Below are positions 1-12,500 of a stretch of DNA of 64,000 nt, piece by piece. Under the pieces are notes generated by a model. That model made no database searches and was not told where the DNA came from. It saw nothing but the letters and a program-made list of their open reading frames with translations. How positions within the stretch are numbered: the first letter of the stretch is position 1; each line of letters starts with the position of its first letter. Where the stretch lies: NCBI GenBank assembly GCA_010909165.1, contig MU008154.1, positions 434,001 to 498,000 on the forward strand, read 5' to 3'. The position numbers and the translations under genes were made by a program. The DNA is from Anthoceros angustus (lineage: Eukaryota; Plantae; Anthocerotophyta).

Positions 1-99
1 CATATTTCAATCTCATGCCTTCAATCAAGTTGGGTGCAGTTGGAGTGCGCATCGTTTTGAGCAGCAGATCACTCACTCCACCACGATCACGTCAGTCTC

Positions 100-1010
100 T
101 TCTTACGGAAGAAAGGAAACCAAGGCACTTACTTTTGGATCCCAAATATAGACAAATTTGTAGCCATCCCCTATGCCCTCATCCAGGTAGACACGTCTAC
201 TGCATTGTCATTGCTGAAAATGTGGGAAGCTGCCGAAGTCAAGCTACTCTCAATTACTCAAGGAGGACTCCCGGGCTGTGTGGACCAGTAATCCCCCAAG
301 GCTCACTCTTCTAGGTACCTTCCAGATGAGGTTCTGGCTATCTCTAGTTCAGAGGTAGGTTTTTGCTGCATGAATACCATGACCTCCTTAGGAAAAGGAA
401 CGTGAGGAATGAAAACTTGGAGGCAAACCAGAGTAGGGGCGAGAGAAGCAGATCCTTCCCATCTTACGAAGAAATCAACTTGGTTCTCAACTCGTAGAAA
501 AATAGGTACCGGCTTCTAAGATTGACACAACTGGGATCAGCGTCCACTTCCTTCCGCACCCTGAGACATACGTGCTAGTCTTTGGTATACTGTAACAATG
601 GCTAACACATAGGTAAAGTTGAAAACGAGTATTACCTTTGGTTGAAACAACTTGGCAAGCTGATGTTGACTGCATCCAGGGTATTGAGATTCGAGCTGGC
701 CAAAAAGGAAGATCAATCTTAGAACCAACGGCAACTTTCTGCAATATAAAACAAAAATTGATCCTTTAAACAAGTCAATTGGACATACTTTTTCCCGTAT
801 TGTATTTGAGGCACTAAGTCGAGGCTTGATTAGTGTTTCTAATAGAATTTATGGTGACAAGCCATGGTCGAGGACAAAAGAGGCACTTACTATATAAGTG
901 GGCTCGTAGATCGCCTTCACCCATGTACTCTTGTAGAAGAATTGGTAATTTCGCTTCCTCACAATACCCAATAAGTGAAACCAATTTCTTGTACTGCAAT
1001 ATTAAGACAT
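100..1010 (-). pseudogene. Degenerate receptor-like kinase domain remnant
   Basis: ORF 814-999 reads KKLVSLIGYCEE..LLQEYMGEGDLRAHLY (RLK/Pelle subdomains IV-V). Further along the minus strand are eroded GRYLEE* and GVLLE* traces with stop codons. Confidence 0.5.
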
Positions 1011-1764
1011 GAGATTGATCTACTAAACAAAGACAAATAACTCGTCAGGCTAAGCCTACACAGAATCCTGCAGGGAATATCTACTCCTTCATCCTGAATG
1101 CAAAGTTTCTTCAAGCAAATAAGGCTTGTGAGTTTGAGGATGCCTGCAACATGTACAAATCCCTGAAATAAGTCCTGCTAGGAATGTCTACTCCTTCATC
1201 TTGAAAGAAATGTTTATTGAGGATGCCTGCAACATCCAACAAGAGTGCAGTTCATTCAGAGAGATTCTAGCATAGTAGCATTTCCAAGCTCTCTTACGAT
1301 GCTCTTGCTCTTGCCCGACTGCGCATGTAGCCATGGACGCACGTGTCGGCAATGGCCACCAACTGACACTCTTCACCGCGGTCTTTCTTTCTACGGGATA
1401 GAGGGCCACATGATCCCTTCCTCTTCTACCCTATTATCTCTACCGCAGCTAGTTGGGACTGCTAGCCACAGGTGAGGCTGCTCGGCAGGGCAGCACAGAG
1501 AGAAGAGGTGCGGATCCCACGTCGGTCTTCCTAGAGGCACAAGTACCAATCTGTTGCACCACTTGCTATGTGCAGGCCCGCGGTGCTGCATTGCGTTGCA
1601 TGAAGATCGGCTGCTACAGTGGACAAAACGAACGTGACGAGCGTGGTATACTCGGAGCAAGGGGTCCATTACTCGCATGGAGTTGGTTCTGTCCGTACCT
1701 TCGGCAGATGGACTGTGTGACTGTGGTACCCATACGACATGATCTCAATGCCTATCTGAAGCCT

Positions 1765-2118
1765 ATGTTTGGCAAGCCATGCTGAGATGAAGTGTGGGCA
1801 TTCTTGAAGGTTTTGAACAATATGACTGCGGCAAACGCTGTCGCCTCAAGACCAAGGGACTATGCCGTGGAGAGTATACTATCTTGGCCCCCCAATCACT
1901 TGCCCATGGATGCTCGACGGCAGGCTCGGGATTCCGGATACAGAGGTTGGCAGTACTTTGAGATCCTTTCCAAAGTACACCTTTGTATCAGGACATAAAG
2001 TACCGCCAACCCTCTGTATCCGGAATCCTGAGCCTGCGACATGGAGCTTGCGACAATGATAGTGCCCACAACCCTTAAGAATGCCCACACTTCATTCGGG
2101 CGTGGCTTGCCATAGATA
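1765..2118. repeat. Imperfect fold-back (inverted repeat) centred near 1978
   Basis: 1921-1960 caggctcgggattccggatacagagg pairs with 1995-2034, and 1765-1842 tggcaagcca..atgaagtgtgggcattctt pairs with 2036-2118. The left arm has an extra ~78 nt. Confidence 0.65.
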
Positions 2119-2498
2119 GATTTCATTTAGACCCTAAGATCATGTCATATGGTACCACAGCCACAAAGTCCGTCTCCCGAAAGTACGCACACATCCAGCC
2201 CCATGCAAGTAATGGACCTCCCGAATGTACGCACACATCCAACTCGACGTAGGCCGGCTAGACAGCCTCATATGCATGTACTGAGCACTGGGGGTGTCTC
2301 CACCGATGACGTTACACGACATGCACAACTTGCCTGCCAAGGTTAATAACATATCTAGTCACCATGACATGCAAAACTAGTGTCCTACCAGGCTTTACAA
2401 CATATATAGTACCGTGACCACAAAACCGAGTAGGTAACTCGTGTGACAAGCTTGAGGCAACCCACTCGCATTGCCCATGTCACACTCAACACTGATAT

Positions 2499-3999
2499 GA
2501 GCAATTGTATGGTGTACAGGAGCACTGCATATATAGCCTTGGGGCTTGGCGTAATCTCGAGGATATATAACCTTAGTCTCGAGCCGTATCCTATGTACTA
2601 TATACTAAGATAAAAGTAGAAAAAGCTTGAATTTGTACCGTGACATGCATGTCACGGTACGTACGGATTCAAGCTTTTTCTATTTTATCTCAGCATATAT
2701 GCCTGCAGGCTATGAGAAAATTAAAAGGAAGACTTGCAATCACTTAAAGTCTATCGTCTCGGATGGGCCCAGGGTATATATGTATCTGCTTCCTCTCTGG
2801 ATGCATTGCACAGGACGATACCGATGCACTTGAGGTTTCAACTTTTTGACAGCCGAAGAGGGTAGACACTGTCTCGCATTGAAGTCCCCTACAGTGTCTA
2901 ATCTGATCCAAAAGCTCGTGGGAGCCAAGAAAGGGCAATAACTTCTGATTTTGGACTTGCGGAGGAGAGGAGCTGAGGGTGCATACAAAGCCCAGTATGT
3001 AAATACATATACGAGATGCCACGGACTCCAGAGTGTGCATTGCGAGGTTGACTTGATTCAATATTACAGACGGTCCACCACTAACTCTCGCGCCGTGGAG
3101 ATCGCTATCTCCAACGAGGAGATTCCTCTGTTTGAGATCACAAAGCCAGAGGTTCACACCAAGCTTGAGTATGATCCCCATATCATGCTTGTTGACCGAG
3201 CTCTTGTTACCTTTTTTTTTTTTTTCCCCCTTGGGCCTTTTACTTTCACTGAGCAATTGTATGGTGTCTGGGAGCACGCATATATAGCCTTGGGGCTTGG
3301 CGTAATCTCGAGGATATATAACCTTAGTCTCGAGCCGTATCCTATGTACTATATACTAAGATAAAAGTAGAAAAAGCTTGAATTTGTACCGTGACATGCA
3401 TGTCACGCATACGTCTGATTCAAGCTTTTTCTATTTTATCTCGACATATATACTGCAGCTATGAGAAAATTAAAAGGAAGACTTGCAATCACTTAAAGTC
3501 TATCTCGGATGGGCCGGTATATATGTATCTACTTCCTCTCTGGATGCATTGCACAGGACGATACCGATGCACTTGAGGTTTCAACTTTTTGACAGCCGAA
3601 GAGGGTAGACACATCGCATCAAGTCCCCTCATGTCTAATCTGATCCAAAAGCTCGTGGGAGCCAAGAAAGGGCAATAACTTCTGATTTTGGACTTGCGGA
3701 GGAGAGGAGCTGAGGGTGCATACAAAGCCCAGTATGTAAATACATATACGAGATGCCACCAGACTCCAGAGTGTGCATTGCGAGGTTGACTTGATTCAAT
3801 ATTACAGACGACTGTCCACCACTAACTCTCTCGCACTTCGTGGAGATCGCTATCTCCAACGAGGAGATTCCTCTGTTTGAGATCACAAAGCCAGAGGTTC
3901 ACACCAAGCTTGAGTATGATCCCCATATCATGCTTGTTGACCAGGGCTCTTGTTACCTTTTTTTTTTTTTTGGGCCTTTTACTTTCACTGAAGCAATTG
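2499..3999. repeat. Tandem duplication, unit ~750 bp (2499-3250 / 3251-3999)
   Basis: Both units start gagcaattgtatggtg. The junction sits on shared gcaattg, and the second unit has many small deletions. Confidence 0.88.
2597..2700. repeat. ~100-bp hairpin with a perfect 26-bp palindromic core (degenerate copy at ~3350-3450)
   Basis: gtaccgtgacatgcatgtcacggtac (2635-2660) is self-complementary and is flanked by tagaaaaagcttgaat / attcaagctttttcta. Confidence 0.85.
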
Positions 4000-4270
4000 C
4001 TTCAAACGACTAAATCTCGGTTTATTGCATGCGTTACCTGTCTTGTCTTCGTGGGCTCATATGTGGTGGGTAGGTTGGCCAAGGAAGGTACGAGCAGATT
4101 GAAGCACTCTTGTTTGCATACTCGTTTGGCATCATGGATAGAGTCCAGCTTGTACCACTGCTCAAGACCTATCTGGAGGAAGCAAGGAAGACAGCTCAAT
4201 CAATACTCAAAAGAGGCAACAACTGAGCAGCTGCTCAAGCAGAGTAGGCAACTGGGTTCGATTAAAATGT
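3940..4270 (+). pseudogene. Diverged fragment of the FRIGIDA-like gene (intron 1 end plus exon 2), source at ~55195-55495
   Basis: gcgttacctgtcttgtcttcgtgggctca..gtaccactgctcaagacctatctg..gcaaggaagacagctcaatc aligns to 55195-55495 with scattered substitutions and frameshifts. Confidence 0.85.
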
Positions 4271-5040
4271 GCTAACTTCAGCTAAAGATGGATTGTCTAC
4301 AATCAACGAATTCATTGAATGGGGTTGAATTACGGTTTGAATTATATGGTTTTTTCGAGCTCGTCAGATTAGCCGGAGGTATATTCCAGGCTGCTTGTCT
4401 TGTGCACAGGATTCTATTGTTGTGTTTTGTGTCGTGATTCTGAGCTGTTGCTACTGAAATGTATCTGACCTTTCCGGGGTTCTATGGGTGATATCTTCTC
4501 CAGTCTTGTCGTGACAGTTCCAGTCTTGTCAGTTCTGTCATGGCTATATATGAATCTGTTGGTCGCAGGCGATTCAAAATTATAATTGGCTGAAAATGAT
4601 TATCGGCATAGATGCCCTGATGACGTGTTGGCCCTGTATTAGTTGAATCACTTGGTTTCCGTCATCTTTATGGTTTAGTCCAACAGCTTGGATGGTTGTC
4701 TTCCAAGCCTTTATTTTGGATTTCATAGGTTGAAATCAAGGAATAGCTCTCGGCATGAGTGTACGTAAAATAAGCTTTTAGGTTGCATACACTGCTATAT
4801 AAATTATCCAATTTTGGTTTTATGTCGTATGAATTATGCCGTATAAATTATAATAGTAATTATATTATATTATTATAAACTAATCATATAATTCCATTGT
4901 AAATTAGTTGATCATTACATAAATATTATAAAAACATAATATTCAAATGACTCTTTTTTCGGTTCTTGCAACATAAAACAAAAATCCATCGTTCAAAAAA
5001 ATCCCGTAGTTTTCCCAAAGCGCATTTGGGCACTCAATTC

Positions 5041-5270
5041 AGACTTGATTAGTGTTACTAAGAGAAATTCCAAGAAAGGACTATGGCCGACCTGGAATTT
5101 ATGGTGACAAGCCATGGCTGAGGGCAAAAGAGACACTATACAAGTGGGCTCATAGATCGCTTTCATACACATACTTTTGTAGAAGAATTAGTAATTTCGC
5201 TTCCTCAAAATACGTAGTAAGTGAAACCACTTTTTTGTAATGCACCATTAAACATTAGATCGATCTAACA
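5041..5270 (-). pseudogene. Second, more decayed copy of the RLK fragment at ~826-1030
   Basis: Shares gaatttatggtgacaagccatgg and ttgtagaagaatt..taatttcgcttcctca with 826-1030 in the same orientation. Confidence 0.65.
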
Positions 5271-6427
5271 ACACTTTTTTTAGGTTCTTGCACTACTAGA
5301 GGAGGGTAACTTTTCCAAAGGGGGTGTTTTTGAGTTTTGACAAGTACAATGCTCTAACAATGTCTAACATTGAACATTGTGAACTACGTTGTAAATTACA
5401 TGAGATATACTTATTGATTTATGTTACTGAGTGTGATTACTAATTACGATAAGTATGTTTAGTATCCCTTATTATGATGTGGCATATTCATTGTGCACAG
5501 TCATTGTAAAATAAGAAGTTATGTTACTTTTATATGATTTATATTAATTACAAATAATTTTTAATATAAACTTATTGACCTGGCCTGTTCATTGTAAATG
5601 ATGTTATAAATTACTAAAATGAAAAGTCATTTTTAGATTTATAGTTTCTATGAACTTATCAATATTTAAAAATTATATTTGAGTTATATTAATTAAAAAT
5701 TATTTTTGATTGTGAACTTGCTTATGCGACATGTTCATTGTAAATCAATAAAACATATTCGAAATGACGTAGGTCTAACCTCTGGTTCCACTAGGTTCAG
5801 GATCGTCCTCACACTAGGATGATAAAGTGATTCAGAATATATTTTAGACCTACCAGACCTTTATATGCGTATTTTTCGATTCTCGAAGAGTCCACCAGCT
5901 ACCAAGAGGTAGCTGCCATGGGTCGCTGTGGGATCACTTGTTGGTGGGATGTAGGAGGAAGTCTGGAGACTTGTAAGCCGCAGAAAGCATGCTGTTGTAT
6001 CTGTAGGAGTCGCATTCCAGTACGCATTTTGTGTTGGGATACCATCTACCGGGCCGATCTTGTGACCTGGTACATGCCTCCTGTAGGCATCTTGTTGTGG
6101 AGGACTCGCGCAGCTGTCTGTGAGCTGGCCATTTGCAACGGGTCTTGTTCTTGTGGGGATCGGGACTGGGTGCCAGAACAAAGGCTAAAGACCCCGTGAG
6201 CCCAACGTGAATGGCCCACGGGTCTTGTTCTGGTGAGAATCGGCAATAAAGCCAGGACGGAGGCGGAGGCGGAGGCTACAAAGAGAACCCGGAACTGACA
6301 TCCGTGAGCCCACTGCAAATGGCCCGCTCACAGAGATCGGGATCAAGGATCTCCCTCTTATCATACCCACTCATTAATCACAATTTAAATGTCAGTTCCG
6401 AATTTCCTTGTAGCCTCCGTCCTGTCG

Positions 6428-8720
6428 TTAGTGCCGATCCCCACAAGAACACGACCCGTCCAGGAAATGATGCACACGGTGCGCATCTCTTACAACGATC
6501 TCTCGCTTCTCCAGGTGTGACAGGATCTTGGTGCTGCTGTGGCAGTCATTGCACATCCGGAGGTTCTTGGTTACTACCAAAGTTGTGCCACCGGGAGTGT
6601 TCAGGAGACCATAAGCCAAGGCCAGTTTCTCAGCATGTCCACACAGTGCATCTTCCTTGTCACTGTCAGACATAGCCTTCAGCACGACTTCTGTCAGAGG
6701 AACATGGCCCCCTTCGTCCTTCACACGAGAGTTCATGCTCCTCAACGCTGATGAAATATCAGGCCTCTCCTCTCCAACAGTGAACTCGTGCACTTCATCC
6801 TTCACTTCGATGCATGCCTTGGCGGGCTTCTTCCAAGCAGCTGCCGACTTTCTCAGCATCTCTATCGTGTCTACATCCTTCCACCTGCCAGCTTTGGCAT
6901 AAATGCTTCCTAAGGCTACATAGGCAGCTGCGTTTCCTGGTTCCAATGCTGTCAGACGGTCAAAACATCTCCTTCCCCGCTCTATGTCACTGTAGCTTTT
7001 ACAAGAACTTAGCAAGGATGTCCATCCGACAAACTCGCTCTCAAAAGGCATGGTCCGCAGCATACTTTCTGCCTCGTCCAGATGGCCTGACCGCCCAAGA
7101 AGATCAACCATGCAGTTGTAGTGAGAATCTGTCTAGCAATGCCCTGCTCCTCCACCATCATCTTGAAATACCTCTGCCCCTCCTTCAGCAAGCCTTCATG
7201 ACAACACGCCACCAGCAGAGAAACAAAGGTAGCAGCGTTGGGCTTCACACCTTGATGCAACATCTCTTCAAAGCACCGTATTGCTGCCTTACCCTCACCA
7301 TGTTTGGCATAACCATTCAGCAAAGCAGTCCATGCCACCACATCTCTGGTTGCCAATCTGGCAAACACTCCACGAGCATCCTCTAGACTCCGCATTTTGC
7401 ATACATATCTACCAAACAGCTACCAACTAGTATATCACCGTCCAGTCCCTTTCTCTCAATCAAAGAATGTAGCTGCTTCCCTTGATGTAAAGCTGCAACA
7501 CTCCCACAGGCCTTCAAGAGGCATATAAAGGTAGCACGATCAGCCGCCTCAAGGCCCTCCTGTTGCATGCTTCTATAGAGTTTAAGGGCTTCTGGACCGA
7601 GCTCATGCTGCACGTACCCTGAGATCAGGGCAGTCCACGCGACCACGTCTTTCGTGGCCATGCTGTCAAAAACGCTGCGAGCGTCCTCCAAGCTCCCGCA
7701 TTTGGCATACATGTCTATCAGGCAACTCCCTACAAACATGTCAGGGCAATCCACACTCCGCATAATGTCAGCATGTACCTCCTTGCCGGAAACCAGATCT
7801 GCTGCAGCGGCACATGCTTTGAGCACTGCCACGAACACGTAATCGTTGGGCTTCACTGCCGAAAATCCCATCTGTCTGTACAGGCGGACAGCCCGAGCCG
7901 GCTGCCCATGGTCAGCATGCGCCTTGATAATGGAAGCCCACACAAACGCATTGGCTACACCCAGGTTGCCAAACACCTGCCTCGCTTCCTCCAACATGGC
8001 ATGAGAAGCATACATGCGAATAATATGGTTCGCCAAAACGGGTCGGCCATTCCCACTCTGCAGAATTAGGTCATGAACACGCCTGCCAACGACCAAATCC
8101 TTCTCAGCTAAGCACCTCTTAACCACAGGATAGAGAAGGGAACTGTCGACATGACACCCTCGACGCACCAAGACATTCAACGCATCCACCACCTCAGCAA
8201 GCCCTCCGTTTCCACACAGCATGCCCCCTGCCACCACGTCCAAGCCCCCTTCACGGCCAGCTGCCGTGTCGAATCCCGAGCTGGAGGCCGTCCCATCCCA
8301 AATGGCCAGCTGCGAATCCAGCCAGCCAGGCTTGTGACGATTGTTCACCCACAGGGCCTTCTTCGACCCCTTGTGCCGGAAATCCGGATGGCGGGGACTT
8401 CTCTTTTCCTTCCTGTTGTCCCACCACTGCGCCGGATCCGAGAAGAAGGCCTGCCACAGCAGCTCCTGCCTCTCCTTCGATGTCAATCCTTGATGCCCAA
8501 CCCCTGCTCCTGTCACACAGATGAACCCATCCTCAATCCACAATCTCTGCTTGGGTACAGCATCATGCTTGTCATTCATCCACACCGCATCTTGCTCAAC
8601 CCTCAAACTGCCCCCGTACGCTAGCGCAAACTTGGTTTGCAGCACAGGGCTGGCAGCCATCACGCGTCCATCATGCCTGCCCACATTTCCCCGAAAATAA
8701 TCTTCGGATGTAGCACCCAC
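6428..8720 (-). CDS. PLS-class PPR protein with E1-E2-DYW:KP (DRH-type) deaminase domain and N-terminal OSB-like PDF motif; copy 1, frameshifts probably consensus errors
   Basis: Three overlapping ORFs (7383-8720, 7009-7395, 6428-7111) give an L-S-P-L-S-P-L-S-P2-L2-S2-E1-E2 array, WKKPAKACIEV (KP box), HAEKLA, CNDCH and terminal SCSCGDRH*. The ORF start is GTG; the first in-frame ATG gives MAASPVLQ. No introns. Confidence 0.92.
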
Positions 8721-9834
8721 GACGTAGGTTACTAGTATCTACCTTAGACTATATTATGTAGGTAGGTACCTATATATAAATACATATATGGCATGCTTTC
8801 ATATTATATACTTTTTATATAAATTAATATTATTTAGTTATTTATATATTAATATATTTCATTTATGTTCCTCTCAGTTTTCAGACAAGTGTTCTCGAAA
8901 ATATTAGGCATGCTAAACGTATTTATGTAAGGCGTGGGTTGGCATATTTCATGCTCAAACAAATTCCTTCTCAGCTAAGCACCTCTTAACCACAGGATAG
9001 AGAAGGAACTGTCGACATGACACCCTCGACGCACCAAGACATTCAACGCATCCACCACCTCAGCAAGCCTCCGTTTCCACACAGCATGCCCCTGCCACCA
9101 CGTCCAAGCCCCTTCACGGCCAGCTGCCGTGTCGAATGAGCTGGAGGCCGTCCCATCCCAAATGGCCAGCTGCGAATCCAGCCAGCCAGGCTTGTGACGA
9201 TTGTTCACCCACAGGGCCTTCTTCGACCCCTTGTGCCGGAAATCCGGATGGCGGGGACTTCTCTTTTCCTTCCTGTTGTCCCACCACTGCGCCGGATCCG
9301 AGAAGAAGGCCTGCCACAGCAGCTCCTGCCTCTCCTTCGATGTCAATCCTTGATGCCCAACCCCTGCTCCTGTCACACAGATGAACCCATCCTCAATCCA
9401 CAATCTCTGCTTGGGTACAGCATCATGCTTGTCATTCATCCACACCGCATCTTGCTCAACCTCAAACTGCCCCGTACGCTAGCGCAAACTTGGTTTGCAG
9501 CACAGGGCTGGCAGCCATCACGCGTCCATCATGCCTGCCCACATTTCCCCGAAAATAATCTTCGGATGTAGCACCACGACGTAGGTTACTAGTATCTACC
9601 TTAGACTATATTATGTAGGTAGGTACCTATATATAAATACATATATGGCATGCTTTCATATTATATACTTTTTATATAAATTAATATTATTTAGTTATTT
9701 ATATATTAATATATTTCATTTATGTTCCTCTCCAGTTTTCAGACAAGTGTTCTCGAAAATATTAGGCATGCTAAACGTATTTATGTAAGGCGTGGGTTGG
9801 CATATTTCATGCTCAAACAAATTCTGCCTTCTCA
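8099..9834. repeat. Tandem duplication of the PPR 5' half plus promoter, unit ~867 bp; second copy is a truncated PPR/PDF fragment (8975-9445)
   Basis: Junction at 8966-8973 on shared ccttctca. The duplication is absent from the right-arm copy. Confidence 0.88.
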
Positions 9835-9840
9835 TATTTT

Positions 9841-10458
9841 ATGTTCTTCAAGATGGCGAGACCTAGCGTTGTTTCCTTGTTGGCCTTGGCCCGAGAGATC
9901 CGAAGACGTGCTAACTCTGGTAGGGATGAATTTAGACTTGATTGCCTTAAGGTGGCTAGATTGAGGGTGGAAGTAGCGGTGCGTCTTGAGGTGGCTCGAT
10001 GGAAGATGGGCAGTTGCGTCGCCCGGAAGCCTAGATTGAAGGTGTTGCTTCTTTCTTCCGGCAAGTCATGTATTGACTTGTTGAAGGTTTTGGATGTTGA
10101 AATAGCGAATGAAGAACCTACACCCTTTTGCGATGGTTAAGAATTCTTAATCTAGACCGGGATGCGGCGACAAGACATCATCAAGCATCGAGGATGCTGG
10201 CTGGTCAACTCGATTCTGTGAAGAATCGTGAGGAGGGTGTAGAAAAGCTCGGAAGTTAGTTATTGATGCTAGAGATGAGATGCTTGAAATCAAGAATACC
10301 GCTGTCCAACAAATTGGAACAGTAACGAAAAGCAAGGGCTAGGGCTGCAATGAGGACGAGAAAGGTATCATGTGCTTCAAGGCGCAATCGTTGCTATCCG
10401 TTACATAATTGCCATGGTAGTTGTTCTAAGTGTGAGCCGACTTGACATAGAGGATTAG
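9841..10458 (+). pseudogene. Frameshifted copy of the 213-aa orphan coiled-coil ORF (intact at 59579-60220)
   Basis: Same sequence as the reverse complement of 59579-60220 with several small deletions. Confidence 0.6.
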
Positions 10459-10861
10459 TGACGTCGTTTGGAATGGGTGATGGATGAAAAGGAAAAGAGT
10501 TTGAGAGGTATGCAACTCGTGAAAGATGACTCAAGTCATGATTATTATAGTTTGGTTTTAGTTGTAGTTTTAGTTTTAGACTACCTAGTGAAACCAGATA
10601 TTATGACAATCTATGTACTTGACGGTCATCCGTCCTTTTAGTGGAATTTCTTCAATTCTTCAAACTTGCTCTTATCTCGTCTCACCAACAGTCTGTGTGG
10701 CTTGCGTGCCCTGATCTTCCAACTGTCCGGATGTACGGATTGCATTTTTGTTGTTTGCACTTTCGAGGTCTGAAAAACGTTAAACCCTGAACCCAAGGGT
10801 GGTCTGCTGTAGTCGAGATGAATGCGATAGAGAAGGATTTCAGGGGTTTTCATTGGGCTGC

Positions 10862-10980
10862 AGAGGTTGGATCAGGCGGTGGGGATGATCCGGTCTGCTA
10901 AGGATGCTACAGGGGCGTCGTATGCTTTGCAGGAGCAGCTGGGGTTGTCGGCGGTGCAAGCAGAGGGGTTGCTGGCAATA
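10862..10980 (+). pseudogene. DNA gyrase subunit A exon fragment
   Basis: RLDQAVGMIRSAKDATGASYALQEQLGLSAVQAEGLLAI resembles the GyrA segment LD.VI..IR.......A...L....GLS..QA.AIL. It is preceded by ctgcag (splice-acceptor-like), and no other gyrA sequence was recognised in the window. Confidence 0.6.
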
Positions 10981-11349
10981 AGATGCACGCTGGGTCATTC
11001 ACGGTTTGAACTGAAAAGAGGTGGGGACACGGAATGCCCTGAGGCTGATAGCTGGGCATGCACTGTCAGCAAGGGCTCTGTTGATGAAGTGGCTTTGTGG
11101 CAAGATTGTGGTTGACCGTGTTACTTCTGCTTGCCTTTCTCAAGTCCTGTGCAAGCACTTGTGCGTAACTCACGGGCAGGCAGCTGCACTTGTGCTCAGA
11201 CTGCTTCTCTGAGCTGCGTACAGAAGAATCCATTTTGTACAGTATTGCGTGTTGCAAGAAGCACATTGCTTTCTTAAAAATTGAGTCTGTAAGAGAGGAA
11301 CGTGGAAGTCAATATCGCCCTACAATTACCAGTATCGTCCACTCTTGCT

Positions 11350-12448
11350 TTAAGCACTAGGCAACAGCATAAGCTGCTCGTTGTCTTCTTTCCTGGTGGG
11401 CACACCGCCAACAGGAAGATCAGATGGAGGTACAGTCCTCGACAGATCTCTGGGTACATCAAAATCATCTTGTCCACACCGCTGCTGAGGATGGGCCAGC
11501 AACATGCACATATTCTTGAACAGAAGTCTTGCCAGCCCACTGCTACTCTCGTAGATATAACCATCATGCTCACTTACTCGCTCAAGAGCATCCACTAGAG
11601 CGTCATAAACCTTTTGCGGACAATTGTCACGCGAAGGCTTGTCATGCAGATACATAACATCAAATGTAAACAGGCGTTGATTGTCAGGCCAGGGCAACGT
11701 CATCTCAGGAACAACAGACGATCTGCAGTACACCAGCACCTGGCAACATGTTGCCACCCATCCATTTCACCCATCAGCAACCAGTAGTCACATTGCAATG
11801 CACCACAGAACCACCATATCCAAGAACCAAGGACCGTTTAGACACACTTACCACTCGCAGACTTCTCCCAAGAGAGTGGCAAGCCTTTGCTTCCCCTGCA
11901 ACTGTCCGCAAGAGAGACGTGAGATTGCATCTGAGAGACAATCCATCCGAGCTGAGGCTCTTCACAGAATTGGTAATCACGTCCATGTCATTGGTGAGCT
12001 CATGCTGGTGCTGCCACCACAATGCAAGTTACGTTAGCAACAACACGTCAAGCCATCCCTTCCGATCCGAAGATCCATGGACGGGCATACACACCCAAGA
12101 GGCCTGATGAGCTAGCCGGAGAAACGCAAACCGGTGCTTTGGGTTGATAGCGAGCTTTGCATGCACGAAGAGCAGCAGCGCCTGCTTCACCACTTCCAAC
12201 CGAGTCATTCCTCCTCCCTTCACCCCTTGCGTCCTCATCTCGGAGTCCACCTCTCTGTCCGTGTCCACGCAGAGCACAATATCCTCGTATCGATGCGGCA
12301 TGTGCTGCAGCTCGTAGCGCACTGCGTTTCCCTGCACCCCGCCTCCATCGGGAGCGGGAGCGTCCCCCTGCCCCATGGGTGAAACTGAAAACCTAGTGTG
12401 AGGATCGTTCAAACGCATCGCACGCTCAAAGGCTGCGGGTAGCGACAT
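11350..12448 (-). CDS. BABAM1: BRISC/BRCA1-A complex member 1 (MERIT40/NBA1-like, vWA domain), 3 exons
   Basis: EDIVLCVDTD..RLEVVKQALLLFVHAKLAINPKHRFAF and LFTFDVMYLHDKPSRDNCPQKVYDALVDALERVSEHDGYIYES..HPQQRC match plant BABAM1-like proteins. Intron 1 is 12094-12011 (GT-AG). Start is ATG 12448 or 12376. Confidence 0.9.
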
Positions 12449-12500
12449 CGAATTATTTTGGAAGCTCTCAAATTCTTCTGTCGTCCTATCCTTGCGAGAC

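Larger units (their letters stand above)
5900..11624. repeat. Left arm of a large inverted segmental duplication (partner 58417-63360)
   Basis: About 6330-11523 is near-identical to the reverse complement of about 58511-62870. The distal 5900-6330 aligns with clearly lower identity to 62870-63360. Confidence 0.93.

Noticed and set aside
5291-5310. CACTACTAGA as a CACTA transposon terminus
   Set aside because: No matching inverted end or transposase remnant was found in the window.
6428-8720. Calling both PPR copies and all GWD copies true pseudogenes
   Set aside because: Frameshifts are 1-2 nt losses, mostly in homopolymers, complementary between copies and confined to repeated DNA. This pattern is typical of unpolished long-read consensus.
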